Shown here: piece after piece, positions 39,058 through 49,452 of the stretch
Position numbering within the stretch: the stretch's first letter is position 1
Layout: each line of letters begins with the position of its first letter
From: Candidatus Borrarchaeum weybense
GTDB lineage: Archaea > Asgardarchaeota > Sifarchaeia > Borrarchaeales > Borrarchaeaceae
Reading direction: 5' to 3'
NCBI GenBank assembly: GCA_019057385.1
Contig: JAHQJS010000004.1
Span: forward strand, 64,001-128,000
Length of the DNA: 64,000 nucleotides
Translations under genes and position numbers: made by a program
Notes under the pieces: generated by a model
The model's database searches: none
Told to the model about the DNA's origin: nothing
Seen by the model: the letters and a program-made list of their open reading frames with translations, nothing else

Positions 39058-40488
39058 ATGGATCATATGAAGGATCTTTGCTAACTCTACTGCCAAATTC
39101 TCTCGTTTAAAGATGTTTAAGAGAATTTCCTCATGAATTTTTAGTTGTACGATGGCAATTTTTTCGATATTAGACTGGATTCGTAAATCCTCTATTATTT
39201 TGTCTTTGTCAGTTGAATAGGTGAGCTGAAAGTTCGATTTAAGGTTTTTTGTCAATGAATCAATGTCTAGAATTTCGTTATTATATTCTACGATTAACTC
39301 AGTGCCTTCTTGGGAATGCTCTTGAAGAATAAGAATTAAACATTTGTCGAAACGTTCCAAACACTCTTCAATAACACTCTGCATCCTCTCAATGAAAGAA
39401 TTGCATGCTGTCTCGACATATCTCTTGATCGTTCTTTCGTTTTTATTGAAAGTGTCTAAAATTTTTGGAGACCACATATTCAGCAATGTTTCAATAAGCA
39501 AGTAAGGAAGCTGCTTTTCATCGCTTTGCAAAAAAAATTCTCTCATTAGTTCGTTTGCAAGTCTATTAAGCTCATCTAAAGACGTCTCGAACACATTGTC
39601 AAATAGTTTACTTTGGTATTGTTTTTCCAACGTAGGTGAGTATGTTGTAATAAGCATCGGAATCGTTCCTTCTATGCGTTTTAAAAATAGTTCCTCTTCT
39701 GCAACAACTTTCTGCCATATATCTGCATCTGTGTGCTCAATATATATTACGTCACCAAACGTTAGACGATCGAAAGTCGGTTCTTTTGGGTGTTCTGATA
39801 TCAGATTGGCGCCGCCGACATACGTCACGGCATTGACTTTTAGCCCCCTAAAAGGCGTATCTAACAATTCTACAGAAACATTTTCTTTGTGGTAAAGATA
39901 CCCTTCTCCCTCAATTCTGTCCAATTCAATAAATTTACTTGGTGGAAGATCAAAATATAGTTCTCCTATGACGTCTTCACCTTCTTGAGGCATAATGAAC
40001 GGAAATGATAAACCAGGTGGCCATATGCGTATAAAATCGTCCAATTTAGCACGCAGAAAATGGAATTCTTCTAAAACGTAATGCCTGGAACCTGGCAATC
40101 TTAAGAACGGATACTCTGAGTTTGTAAAGTCCCAGAACGCACTTAAAAATGTCCCGTAGGTAAAAAGATTCATCTCGGGAGATTCTAACAATATTAAATC
40201 GTCTTTAGTTACGTCTAGTACATTTTTTAGCGCCCTGCTTACAAGGATATATTCATTACTATCAAGAACTCTTGCGAAATCAGTCATTTCTTCAATTTCT
40301 GAAAAAATAGCATTATTTATCGAAACAACTCTTACTATAACGGATTTTTCATTATTAGGGTTTCTTAGAAGAACTAAGTTTTGTTCTTTGAGTCTTTCTT
40401 TTGTTTTTTCTCCAATAATGCCGAGCCGCGTAGCTTTTAACCAGTCTGGAAACCATTCTACTTTCAACTTGAGTGATACTTGAACCAC
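39049..40488 (-). CDS. Multidomain protein with a central gamma-glutamylcyclotransferase (AIG2-like) domain
   Basis: LFTYGT, GELY, LDRIEGEGYLY, AVTY motifs. Confidence 0.75.
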   Translation of the reverse strand: MVQVSLKLKVEWFPDWLKATRLGIIGEKTKERLKEQNLVLLRNPNNEKSVIVRVVSINNAIFSEIEEMTDFARVLDSNEYILVSRALKNVLDVTKDDLILLESPEMNLFTYGTFLSAFWDFTNSEYPFLRLPGSRHYVLEEFHFLRAKLDDFIRIWPPGLSFPFIMPQEGEDVIGELYFDLPPSKFIELDRIEGEGYLYHKENVSVELLDTPFRGLKVNAVTYVGGANLISEHPKEPTFDRLTFGDVIYIEHTDADIWQKVVAEEELFLKRIEGTIPMLITTYSPTLEKQYQSKLFDNVFETSLDELNRLANELMREFFLQSDEKQLPYLLIETLLNMWSPKILDTFNKNERTIKRYVETACNSFIERMQSVIEECLERFDKCLILILQEHSQEGTELIVEYNNEILDIDSLTKNLKSNFQLTYSTDKDKIIEDLRIQSNIEKIAIVQLKIHEEILLNIFKRENLAVELAKILHMIHLT

Positions 40489-40541
40489 TCTCTTCCCTGT
40501 AACTTAAAACTGAGTTTTTCACAATAAAAAAAGATATTAGT

Positions 40542-40775
40542 CTATGATATCTGCGCAATCATCGTGGTTGTAGTTTTAATTGCTTTTAAAGCCCTTATTT
40601 TTTCAGAAATGACTCTCTTAATGGTTTCCATATCCGCGGCTTCTATCTTGGCGACTATGTCGTAGACCCCATACGCCAAGTAAGCCTCTTTTACTTCCTC
40701 GATATTTTTTAATGTTGTAACAACGCTCTCTTCAGCACCTATCTCAGTATTGATTAAAACAAAGGCTAATGCCAC
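40542..40775 (-). CDS. Stand-alone Lrp/AsnC ligand-binding domain protein (GTG start likely; ORF track extends to 40823)
   Basis: AFVLIN.E.G.E, YGVYDIVAKIE, IR....I..T.TMI. Confidence 0.85.
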   Translation of the reverse strand: MALAFVLINTEIGAEESVVTTLKNIEEVKEAYLAYGVYDIVAKIEAADMETIKRVISEKIRALKAIKTTTTMIAQIS

Positions 40776-40930
40776 TCCATATTCCTCCTTATGGCCTGGA
40801 ATAACTTCTCCTTCTTTTTCCATAATTTAAACGAAAGATAGTTAAAGTCATTCAAATAAAGTAGTTAAAGTCAGTCACGTATTTAAAACTATATGGAAAA
40901 AACTGTAATCTGTTACATCTGAAACAAATC

Positions 40931-41803
40931 TTAGGTTGCTGCTCGTTTTTCTTTAGAAGTGAGAATCGAAAGTATTTTTTTAGTCACTTTTTCGAATTCT
41001 TTGGCGGTTGAACTATCGAGATAATTTAATACAAATGGTTTTCCTTCCCTTACAGAGCGAGAGACATTGGGATCAAACGGTAATTTTCCTAAGAAAGGTA
41101 CATCAAATTTATTTGCCATTTCTTCCCCAATACTCTCTCCAAATGGCTCGATCTCTTCCCCGCAGTGTGGGCATTTCATATAACTCATGTTTTCTATAAT
41201 GCCTAAAATCTCGACTTTGAGCAGTTTTCCAAAATTTATAGCTTTTTTTACATCCATTTCGCTGAGAGGGTCAGGCGCAGTGACTATAACTATTCCATCT
41301 AATGGCGTATCCTGTATGAATGTGAGAATCTCATCGCCAGTGCCTGGGGGACAATCAGCAATCAGTAGGTCACGCCTTCCCCAGTCCGTTGCTTGAAGAA
41401 TGCTATTGATATAACTCGTTTTCAGTGGTCCTCTCAGTACGATAGGATCCTCATCTTTGGCCATGTATGACATGGACATTACGGCTAATCTTGGGAAAAC
41501 CACGGCTGGATAGATCACGTTTTTCTCTTCATCCACTCGTGGTGCTACATTTGAAAGACCTAGAGCTTTTGGAACATTTGGTCCGTGAATGTCAACGTCT
41601 AGTAATGCGACATCCATACCATAAAATGCCACAAACGCAGCTGCCAAATTTACAGCCACTGTAGTCTTACCAACTCCTCCCTTGTTGCTGAGTATCGCAA
41701 TTTTGTGATCAACAAACTTTAATTTGTTTTTAATTTCTTCTTTGACCTTCTCAAAAGCGGATTCGAGTTGTTCTTCATTCTCTTTACTCATAGGAGTCAC
41801 CAA
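40931..41803 (-). CDS. Mrp/NBP35 Fe-S cluster carrier ATPase
   Basis: KGGVGKT, D.D.HGP, D.PPGTGD, ENMS...CPHC. Confidence 0.93.
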   Translation of the reverse strand: MVTPMSKENEEQLESAFEKVKEEIKNKLKFVDHKIAILSNKGGVGKTTVAVNLAAAFVAFYGMDVALLDVDIHGPNVPKALGLSNVAPRVDEEKNVIYPAVVFPRLAVMSMSYMAKDEDPIVLRGPLKTSYINSILQATDWGRRDLLIADCPPGTGDEILTFIQDTPLDGIVIVTAPDPLSEMDVKKAINFGKLLKVEILGIIENMSYMKCPHCGEEIEPFGESIGEEMANKFDVPFLGKLPFDPNVSRSVREGKPFVLNYLDSSTAKEFEKVTKKILSILTSKEKRAAT

Positions 41804-41916
41804 TTAGCATCAATTCTTTTTTAGTATTGAGATGTATAGAATATTAAAATTCGCTTTCAACATGAAACCTTTTCATGGAAAACAATTTCTGTTTCACAAT
41901 CAGATATAACATGGGC

Positions 41917-42729
41917 TTAATCGTCCATAGGAAGTGCTGTTTCTATCGGTTTGCTATTTTCCCAGAGATATGTGGCGAATTCGTGCCATAACTCGCTAAA
42001 ATTTTTGTTATCTGACCACATGGCAACCATTCCTAATCCAATTTCTTTCGAGAGAATTGCATATGTCCCTTGAAGCACCTCACCATTGGCAACTAGAAAT
42101 ATCGTACCGAGACGCCCTTCGCGTTCTAGTAATTTAACTTCCACTTCTTTCATATCAATGAGTTCCCTTAAAACGTCTTTCTCATATTTATCGTCAATTC
42201 CATGAGCATAAGTAATGATCTTGACCTTTATTTCGCGGTTCCTAATCGCTTCAACAACTCTGGCTACTTTAAGATCGTACAGCGTATCTGTAGCCAATAT
42301 AATTTCTCCATGTGCTTTAGCATTTAATATCATCTCTACCATTTTTGTGTATACTGTTGGTGTTCCTCTAAGGACCCAAATTGATTTTGACTGGTGTTGT
42401 TCTGAGCTTCTCTCGAATAGAGGGATTAAAAAGTCTCTTGCGGCACCTGTGGCGTTGTTATATTTTATCCGCATTTCACGTATGAAGAAATCAGGATTAT
42501 TTGGGCGGTATATATTTGCACCCTTACCAGATCCTCCTACGAACACTAAACCATCTTCTTCTAGCTCCTTTAATACAGAATACACTTTGTTTTGTGGCAC
42601 CTTTGATGCCATACTAATCTCGGAGGCCGATGCTGAGCCGTATCCAACAAGTGCAATGAATACTTTCGCTTGATATTCTGATAATCCTAAAGCTTTCAAA
42701 GCCTCTACAATCTCTGGATTTATCGCCAT
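41917..42729 (-). CDS. TrmB family transcription regulator
   Basis: LGLSEYQAKV..AL, S.VPQ.KVY.VL..L. Confidence 0.9.
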   Translation of the reverse strand: MAINPEIVEALKALGLSEYQAKVFIALVGYGSASASEISMASKVPQNKVYSVLKELEEDGLVFVGGSGKGANIYRPNNPDFFIREMRIKYNNATGAARDFLIPLFERSSEQHQSKSIWVLRGTPTVYTKMVEMILNAKAHGEIILATDTLYDLKVARVVEAIRNREIKVKIITYAHGIDDKYEKDVLRELIDMKEVEVKLLEREGRLGTIFLVANGEVLQGTYAILSKEIGLGMVAMWSDNKNFSELWHEFATYLWENSKPIETALPMDD

Positions 42730-43033
42730 TTTAATTCACTTCGCAAAAACTCCAAAAAACTGTCACGACTATGGTCTATATTATCATTGGGACATTGGTA
42801 GTTAAATGACTTTCTCTGAAAGTAACTCAAGTTATATAGTTTAAGACATGATTTTATTCCAGTATCATAACTCCTTTTTGCTAAATATGTTCAATAAAAC
42901 TCAATAAAAAGAAAATAAGCATTAATATGGTCTAAAAAGATGTTATAGACGAAATTATTGACGTTAGTTTTTATTGCGGAGGATTTTACCATATACTATA
43001 TATATGAGGAGTCGTAATATAGTACTCAAGTGG

Positions 43034-43108
43034 TGGTACTATAAATTTCCAACTTAAATGGTACTATAAATCAATCATTAAAAACATTCAAAATCTTAAA
43101 TCAATCAT
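43034..43108 (+). repeat. Direct repeats in the trmB/tfb divergent promoter: TGGTACTATAAAT x2 (43034, 43059) and TAAATCAATCAT x2 (43067, 43097)
   Basis: Exact repeats read from the sequence. Confidence 0.7.
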
Positions 43109-43173
43109 CAAGAGTGCCTGAAAGTTGATAATTAAAAACAAATACCACCAAAAAATGTTGAGGTTCAACCTGA

Positions 43174-44106
43174 ATGAATGTAAATGAAATGTATTCGGAA
43201 ATTCCTGGTCTTATTACGATACAGACCTGCCCAGAATGCAATAACACTCATATCATCAGTGATTATGCAACAGGCAATCTTGTATGTGCCACATGTGGGC
43301 TAGTTTTATCCGACAATTACGTTTTAGACGAACAACCCGAGTGGAGAGCCTTTTCTAAGGAAGAATATAACAAAAAAAGCCGTGTTGGGGATCCTTTGTC
43401 TCCTTTAAAGATTGATTACGGGCTTGGTACAACGATAGATAAAAGAAATCAAGATGGATATGGAAATTTGCTTACACCTCGTTGTGCACATCGAATTAAT
43501 CGTCTTCGTTGGTTACATGATAGAAATCATCGATCTGTTACAAGGAATCTTTCAAAGGCTTTAGCGGAATTAAAGCGACTTTCATCTCAATTAGGTCTCC
43601 CAATGTCGGTTCGAAATGAGGCCGCTATCATCTACCGAAAGGCATTACGCAAAAGATTAATTCGTGGTCGTTCAATTGATGGAATGGTAGCAGCTTCACT
43701 GTATTTAGTAAGCAGAAGTCATGGGCTACCCCGTACCTTGAGAGAAATTGCATCCACTTCACGTTTGGACAAAAAAGAGATCGCTCGTTGCTATCGTGTG
43801 CTGTGCAATGAACTTAACTTGAAATTGCCGCCGACGGACGCGACTAGCATGGTACCAAGACTTGCAAATGACTTAGGGCTTTCTAGTTCCGTACAATGTA
43901 GAGCAATTGAAATTCTTAAGGAGGCTGAACGTTTAAAACTCAGTATTGGAAAGAATCCAATGAGTCTTGCAGCAGCCGCACTCTATATATCTGCAATCGA
44001 ATTTGGGGAAAGAAGAACACAACAAGAAGTTGCAGAAGTCGCACAAACAACTGAAGTTACACTGCGGAATCGTTACAAGGAAATTAAACGCGAACTGAGA
44101 CTCTAA
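43174..44106 (+). CDS. tfb: Transcription initiation factor TFB
   Basis: CPEC...C..CG Zn ribbon, PEWRAF, RGRS, GKNP, TEVTLRNRYKE. Confidence 0.95.
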   Translation: MNVNEMYSEIPGLITIQTCPECNNTHIISDYATGNLVCATCGLVLSDNYVLDEQPEWRAFSKEEYNKKSRVGDPLSPLKIDYGLGTTIDKRNQDGYGNLLTPRCAHRINRLRWLHDRNHRSVTRNLSKALAELKRLSSQLGLPMSVRNEAAIIYRKALRKRLIRGRSIDGMVAASLYLVSRSHGLPRTLREIASTSRLDKKEIARCYRVLCNELNLKLPPTDATSMVPRLANDLGLSSSVQCRAIEILKEAERLKLSIGKNPMSLAAAALYISAIEFGERRTQQEVAEVAQTTEVTLRNRYKEIKRELRL

Positions 44107-44131
44107 CACTTAAACTGTTACTCACAATACT

Positions 44132-44374
44132 TTGGTGAAATTAAAGATGGAAGAAGACCTGTATGCATTCTACATTTGTCGGAAATGCAAAAGAAAAGAC
44201 TGGGTACCTTTCACACAAGAAGACATAAATGCCGCCAGAAAATGTGGCGGTCTGTTTACAAAGGTTTTAGATCATGGTGATCATATAATCACACTGAAAA
44301 TTGATGCTAACGGAGCTGTACGTCGTGAATACAGCTCTGAAGACATTCTAAATATTCAACCAGGCGTTTCTTAA
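44132..44374 (+). CDS. Small Cys/His protein downstream of tfb
   Basis: CRKC...GGL....DHGDH....IDANGAVR; 80 aa. Confidence 0.7.
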   Translation: MVKLKMEEDLYAFYICRKCKRKDWVPFTQEDINAARKCGGLFTKVLDHGDHIITLKIDANGAVRREYSSEDILNIQPGVS

Positions 44375-44599
44375 AGTGAGCTTTTTACACTTTAATTCCT
44401 TTTTTTGTTTCAAATTGTGAATTGTTAGAATCCGTCTAAAATCACAAAGATCTTGTTTTTAATAATTGAGACTCTACAACAGCATAAGCATTCGTCATTA
44501 TAACTGTGACTTACAAAACTTTCATGAATTAACATCGCTAACGGAGCACAACCTTGTACATAATGATTATTTATGCTCTTTTGAACTGGTGAGAACGGA

Positions 44600-45103
44600 A
44601 TGATCAATTTGCATTGCAAACTTCTTATTATCACATTTGACGAAATTGATATTTTGCAGAAAATAAAACGTCGCGTTAAAGAATATCTTGGATGCGATAG
44701 TGTTGATAATAAAACCAGTAGTTATCCAAAAGCAAGAATGAGATTTATTCAATTAAACGCGTCAGATTTCTTACCTACTCTTGTTTCCTTAAAAAACGGC
44801 TATGATTTTGTTTTGGGGATTGTTAAAGCAGATCTGTATTTACCTCACTTGAATTTCGTATTAGGAGTAGCGCATCCTCAAGAATCAGTGTGTATTATCT
44901 CATTAGCCCGTTTGCGATCTTCCGATAGACAGCAATATATCGGTCGTGCTGTGAAAGAGGCAATACATGAGTTAGGACATCTTTTTGGCTTAGACCATTG
45001 TAATGATCCTAAATGCGTAATGCGCTTTTCTAACACGGTAACTGAGACAGATTTTAAAGACGACAAATATTGTGAGAAATGCTTGCAGTTATTGCAAAAA
45101 TAA
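44600..45103 (+). CDS. Archaemetzincin (peptidase M54)
   Basis: HELGHLFGLDHC...CVM.FSN...D.K...C..C. Confidence 0.92.
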   Translation: MINLHCKLLIITFDEIDILQKIKRRVKEYLGCDSVDNKTSSYPKARMRFIQLNASDFLPTLVSLKNGYDFVLGIVKADLYLPHLNFVLGVAHPQESVCIISLARLRSSDRQQYIGRAVKEAIHELGHLFGLDHCNDPKCVMRFSNTVTETDFKDDKYCEKCLQLLQK

Positions 45104-45271
45104 GCACCTCTTTGTTGCTTTAAATGCAAAACAAGTTTTGAAAGATCTTTTTGTTTCTTATAATGTTTAAGATGATTTTTGCGCGTTTTTTGATAAATAA
45201 ATTGTAACAATAACGTTTCAAATACAAAAAATATAATAACAATAACTACAACTTTAACTAGGAGGTTTTTT

Positions 45272-45841
45272 ATGACACAACAACTAAAGGTTAAACTTCC
45301 TGGGACATTATATTTCATAGATCTGACCATGAATCCTGCAACAAATACTGGAAAGGTTACTTTAGAACGAAAAGCAGTTGAAGCTCAAAAAACTCTTTCG
45401 GATTTAAACCCACGTTCAATTCAAGGTGTTTTATTAGACTTATTAGATGCCAAAGGATTAAACCCTAATCCTAGGCTAATTTCACGCTTGCTTGAAGATC
45501 TTACAGAACCTGAGGTGGCAGAAGTAGTTGAAACAGTTGAAGAACCTAAAGTAATTAAGGAAGTAAAACCCGTTCCTATAATAACTGCCCGGGAAACAGT
45601 CCCTGAAATGCCTCCTCCTGTTGTTGAAATGAAAGCAGAACCCCCTGCAAAAGTTGATATAGCAGTTAATTCTCCTCTATTGAAATTCAAAGATGTTCTT
45701 GCAGCTGCAACTTTTCAAATGTCACAACTTGATTCACTTCTGAAAGAATCCACAAATACTGAAGTTGAATCCGCGATGAAATCACTTCAAAATTTGCTGA
45801 CGCAAGCTAAAAGCATCATTGACGAAATAATAACTAGATAA
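45272..45841 (+). CDS. Hypothetical protein with a Pro/Glu linker and helical tail
   Basis: GGAGG upstream; 189-aa ORF. Confidence 0.7.
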   Translation: MTQQLKVKLPGTLYFIDLTMNPATNTGKVTLERKAVEAQKTLSDLNPRSIQGVLLDLLDAKGLNPNPRLISRLLEDLTEPEVAEVVETVEEPKVIKEVKPVPIITARETVPEMPPPVVEMKAEPPAKVDIAVNSPLLKFKDVLAAATFQMSQLDSLLKESTNTEVESAMKSLQNLLTQAKSIIDEIITR

Positions 45842-45878
45842 AGCAAGCTGCTATCTAGTTGCTCGGTAAAAAACAGAG

Positions 45879-46544
45879 CTAAACAATTCTTTTTAATAAT
45901 CGCTCAGGCATCGTTTCTATTGCTTCACGCGCTTGCTGCTTAGAAAGACCTGCGCCAACAGCTATTTTCCAAGCAACTTCCTGGTTAATTAAATCGCCTG
46001 GTTCGTGTGCATCTGTACAAACAACGAGCTTTACCCCATTTTCTATGGCAAGTTTGGCAACAATACCATTTGTGAGAGCATGCCCTCTACGCGAAGTTAA
46101 TTCAAAAATAACATCATTATTTGAGGCAACTTGGCAGATCTCATCTGTAATTAGCCCGGGATGCGCTAAGATATCGATGTCTGCATTAACAGCGGCCAAA
46201 TTTGTACCTTCTTCGACAGGTTCAGCCAGCGTCTCACCATGAACTAAGATTAATTTTGCCCCATATTCACGTGATTTCTTTGCTAATTCAGAAATACTTT
46301 TAGCCGGTACCATAGTTAACTCGGCACCAGGAATCACGGTGATATCCCAGTATTTCATTAATTCTTCCGAGACTTGAACAATACGGGGTATTACATGATC
46401 TAAAGTGGATATATCCACATGATCGGTAATGGCAATCGCACTGTAGTTCATAACTTTAGCCATGCGAACCAATTCGCTCGGTAATAAAACCCCGTCTGAG
46501 AAAATGGTATGAGCGTGAAATTCTATACGTCTTCCATTATCCAT
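45879..46544 (-). CDS. PHP-domain phosphoesterase (histidinol-phosphatase-like)
   Basis: FHAHT..SDG, ITDH, LAHPG, TDAH. Confidence 0.9.
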   Translation of the reverse strand: MDNGRRIEFHAHTIFSDGVLLPSELVRMAKVMNYSAIAITDHVDISTLDHVIPRIVQVSEELMKYWDITVIPGAELTMVPAKSISELAKKSREYGAKLILVHGETLAEPVEEGTNLAAVNADIDILAHPGLITDEICQVASNNDVIFELTSRRGHALTNGIVAKLAIENGVKLVVCTDAHEPGDLINQEVAWKIAVGAGLSKQQAREAIETMPERLLKRIV

Positions 46545-46612
46545 TGAGTATCCTCCTTGATTTATTTTGATTGGAATGCCCTAATTTTTTAGAGCCTTTA
46601 GCCCATGATATC

Positions 46613-47734
46613 TCAATCTATTGCCATATCAATGATATCCATCACGTCGAGGAGCTTAATATTGTAATTTCGAATAACTTTGTCAAAATTAAATTCACAA
46701 GTGGGACAGATCGTGACTAAGTACTCCGCTCCCGTTTCTTCGGCCTCTTTAAGGCGGCTATCTGTGAGATTAGCTACCAAATCATAATCGACTGCCATAA
46801 GTCCACCGCCTCCGCCACAGCAATGTGATTGATACCCAATGTGCGGCATCTCGATTAGTTCAATACCTGGAATTGCGTTTAGTATTGTACGAGGTTCTTC
46901 GATAATACCGGCAAGTCTCCCTAGATGACAGGGATCATGGTATGTGACTTTCATATTTACTGGTTTTTTGAAGGTAATTTTTCCGCTCTCAATTTCTTTG
47001 GCAATGATCTGGATAACATGTAGGACTTCAAAATCAAATTTCTCATAAAATTTTGGATATTTGTCTCTGAAAGTTCTCAGGCAGCCTGGGCAATGAGTTA
47101 CAATGGTCTTAACACCGGCTTCTCTGAATAATTTTTCTGTCTTCTCTATTTGCGCTCGAAATTTATTCCAATGTCCTGTTGTATGCATGAGTTCTCCACA
47201 GCATGGCTCATCCGAGCCCAAGTAGTTCATTTCAATCCCAAGTTTTTTTAGGATCCTCACCGTTTTTTCTAAGCGTTCTGGATAAAAAAGTGAATCTGTA
47301 CATCCTGCGTAAAAGAGGATTGGAGACTGTTTGTTGAATTCAATACCTTCTGCCCAGTCCGTTTTATCCTCGCGATCTAATTGAAACGGATTTTCTTTTT
47401 CGAGGATGGAATTAATTCCAATGAGATGATTTTCATCGGTAAATCCTTTTTTGACTAGATCTGCTCGGAGTGCTTCTAGGATTTCGTCATTATCAAGTGC
47501 ACAATTAGCGGCACAGGAACCACAAACACTACAGGTGTTGACAATTTTGGCAATTTCTTCGTACTCGTTTTCTGGAATAATTCCTTCGAGCATGCCTCGG
47601 GCAATAAGCATTTTTCCACGACATGCATACGTTTCTAGTTTTTTCTCTTTAAAAACTGGACATTCTTCACGACAGAAACCACACCGTGTACGATTACAGG
47701 TGTAAATTGCATCTTTGTATTTTTCTAACTCCAT
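46613..47734 (-). CDS. Fe-S oxidoreductase (GlcF/HdrD-like, CCG domains)
   Basis: Two 4Fe-4S motifs, CCG x2, YHDPCHLGR. Confidence 0.9.
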   Translation of the reverse strand: MELEKYKDAIYTCNRTRCGFCREECPVFKEKKLETYACRGKMLIARGMLEGIIPENEYEEIAKIVNTCSVCGSCAANCALDNDEILEALRADLVKKGFTDENHLIGINSILEKENPFQLDREDKTDWAEGIEFNKQSPILFYAGCTDSLFYPERLEKTVRILKKLGIEMNYLGSDEPCCGELMHTTGHWNKFRAQIEKTEKLFREAGVKTIVTHCPGCLRTFRDKYPKFYEKFDFEVLHVIQIIAKEIESGKITFKKPVNMKVTYHDPCHLGRLAGIIEEPRTILNAIPGIELIEMPHIGYQSHCCGGGGGLMAVDYDLVANLTDSRLKEAEETGAEYLVTICPTCEFNFDKVIRNYNIKLLDVMDIIDMAID

Positions 47735-47744
47735 TTTTATTCCT

Positions 47745-49241
47745 CTAGTTTTTCTCGATTTTAACGGTAATTTTGTTAATTTCATCAACGGAAAACTTCT
47801 TCCCTGGATTCATTATATTATTTGGATCGAAGATCTTCTTTATTTGCATCATCACGTCAAGGCTGTCACCGTGTTCATAACGATTATAGCCGATGCGAAA
47901 TTCACCGTCCCCCCAATAGGTGCTCATTGTTCCTTCGAGGTCAACTGCCATATAGCTCATTTCTTTGACGTAATTCCACCAGCCTCGCACGTTTTCTGGA
48001 TCTTTATCATCCACCCATACTGCAAATGAAATAGAAGGGCTTATACAACTCGCCTTCTCATTGTAAACACACATACCTAAGATTTCAAGCCCATTTTTTT
48101 CCGCTATTTCTAAATATCTTTGGTATCCTTCCTCAATACGTCCTACTGGAAGTCCGAGATCTGCAGCACCAAATTTCTTTTCCCGTTGGCTATCTGGCCA
48201 TTTTTGCCTAAACGGAATGAAACTGCCAGTATGTTTAGAGTTCCACCACGACTCGACCATAGCCTCCTCCTTAAGTAACTCACCATCTGTTTCTTCTACG
48301 AGTTTTAGCGCATATTCCTTTGAAAAATCTACAACCTTGCTGTCGCCATTAAATGATACAAACAGTACCGCATCCGTCCATTCTGGAATGTCTGGGTCAC
48401 GATTATGCTTCAATCGGAATGAATGTGTGTAAAAATTAAGTCGCCTTCCACAATTTACATGGGCAGATTCTACACTTAGTCCAGCTTGCAATAATCTTTG
48501 AAGTGAATTTATTGCGTCAGTAATTGATCTAAATAGTAAGCCTAAGACTGCACGTGCTTTAGGTAGAGGGTATATTCGAAGTGTTGCCTCACATACTAAG
48601 CCTAAGGTTCCTTCTGATCCGATAAATAGGGGCATTAAATTAAGTCCTGTGCTACTCACGAGAGCCTTTCGATGACCAATTCGTAAAATTTGGCCAGTTC
48701 CAGTTACAACAACTGTGTTCAACAAGAAGTCAGGGGTGCGTCCATATTTAATCGCGAAGGTTCCATCGTTATTACAGGCGATAGCAGAGCCCACAGTTGA
48801 GGCCGGTTTGCTTTCTGGGTCATGCGGAAACCATAGTCCATATTCTGCTAAAATTTCATTTAATCGAAGAATCGTGATACCGACGCCACAGGTTACGGTC
48901 ATATTTTTTACGTCAACTTCTTTAACTTTGTCTAAACCCTTCATATCTACAGATATTCCGCCATAGATTGGCACACTTGCCCCGCTCATCCCTGTCCCAC
49001 CTGCATAAGGTATGACGGGAATTTTGTACTCATTAGCTATTTTCACCATTTTCGAGGCTTCTTCGATTGAAAAAGGTCTAACAACGATATCTGGTAAATA
49101 TGCCTCCTTCGCATCACGAGGAGACCAGTCTCTTGAGTATGCCATTCTATGAAATGTTTGTGTGAACACTTTGCCTTCGCCGAGTGTCTCTCTAAGTTTT
49201 TGAGCAATTTCTTCATAATCTTGATCTTTCAAATTTGACAC
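47745..49241 (-). CDS. FAD-binding oxidoreductase (GlcD/D-lactate dehydrogenase family)
   Basis: AGGTGM.G, PHDP.S, IGSEGTLG, FDPNNIMNPGK. Confidence 0.9.
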   Translation of the reverse strand: MSNLKDQDYEEIAQKLRETLGEGKVFTQTFHRMAYSRDWSPRDAKEAYLPDIVVRPFSIEEASKMVKIANEYKIPVIPYAGGTGMSGASVPIYGGISVDMKGLDKVKEVDVKNMTVTCGVGITILRLNEILAEYGLWFPHDPESKPASTVGSAIACNNDGTFAIKYGRTPDFLLNTVVVTGTGQILRIGHRKALVSSTGLNLMPLFIGSEGTLGLVCEATLRIYPLPKARAVLGLLFRSITDAINSLQRLLQAGLSVESAHVNCGRRLNFYTHSFRLKHNRDPDIPEWTDAVLFVSFNGDSKVVDFSKEYALKLVEETDGELLKEEAMVESWWNSKHTGSFIPFRQKWPDSQREKKFGAADLGLPVGRIEEGYQRYLEIAEKNGLEILGMCVYNEKASCISPSISFAVWVDDKDPENVRGWWNYVKEMSYMAVDLEGTMSTYWGDGEFRIGYNRYEHGDSLDVMMQIKKIFDPNNIMNPGKKFSVDEINKITVKIEKN

Positions 49242-49452
49242 CTTAAAATGATTAAACGCGAAACTGGCTTCGCTTATTGTTTATATGCTTTATGAAGTCT
49301 TCGCAAGAAGACCCCCCAACGTGTTGGGGGGATGAATTGCGTTTTTTTACTGGTTTCACTTTCATGGTAGTGTCCCTCAGTTTAAATAGCAGTTTGCGGA
49401 TACTAACTATCGTGAGTGACATGATGCTCAGGGGAACAGAGGAAGAAATGCG

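Noticed and set aside
49294-49297. GAAG at both the element start and the right flank as a target-site duplication
   Set aside because: Not seen in the other copies, and IS200/IS605 elements do not make TSDs
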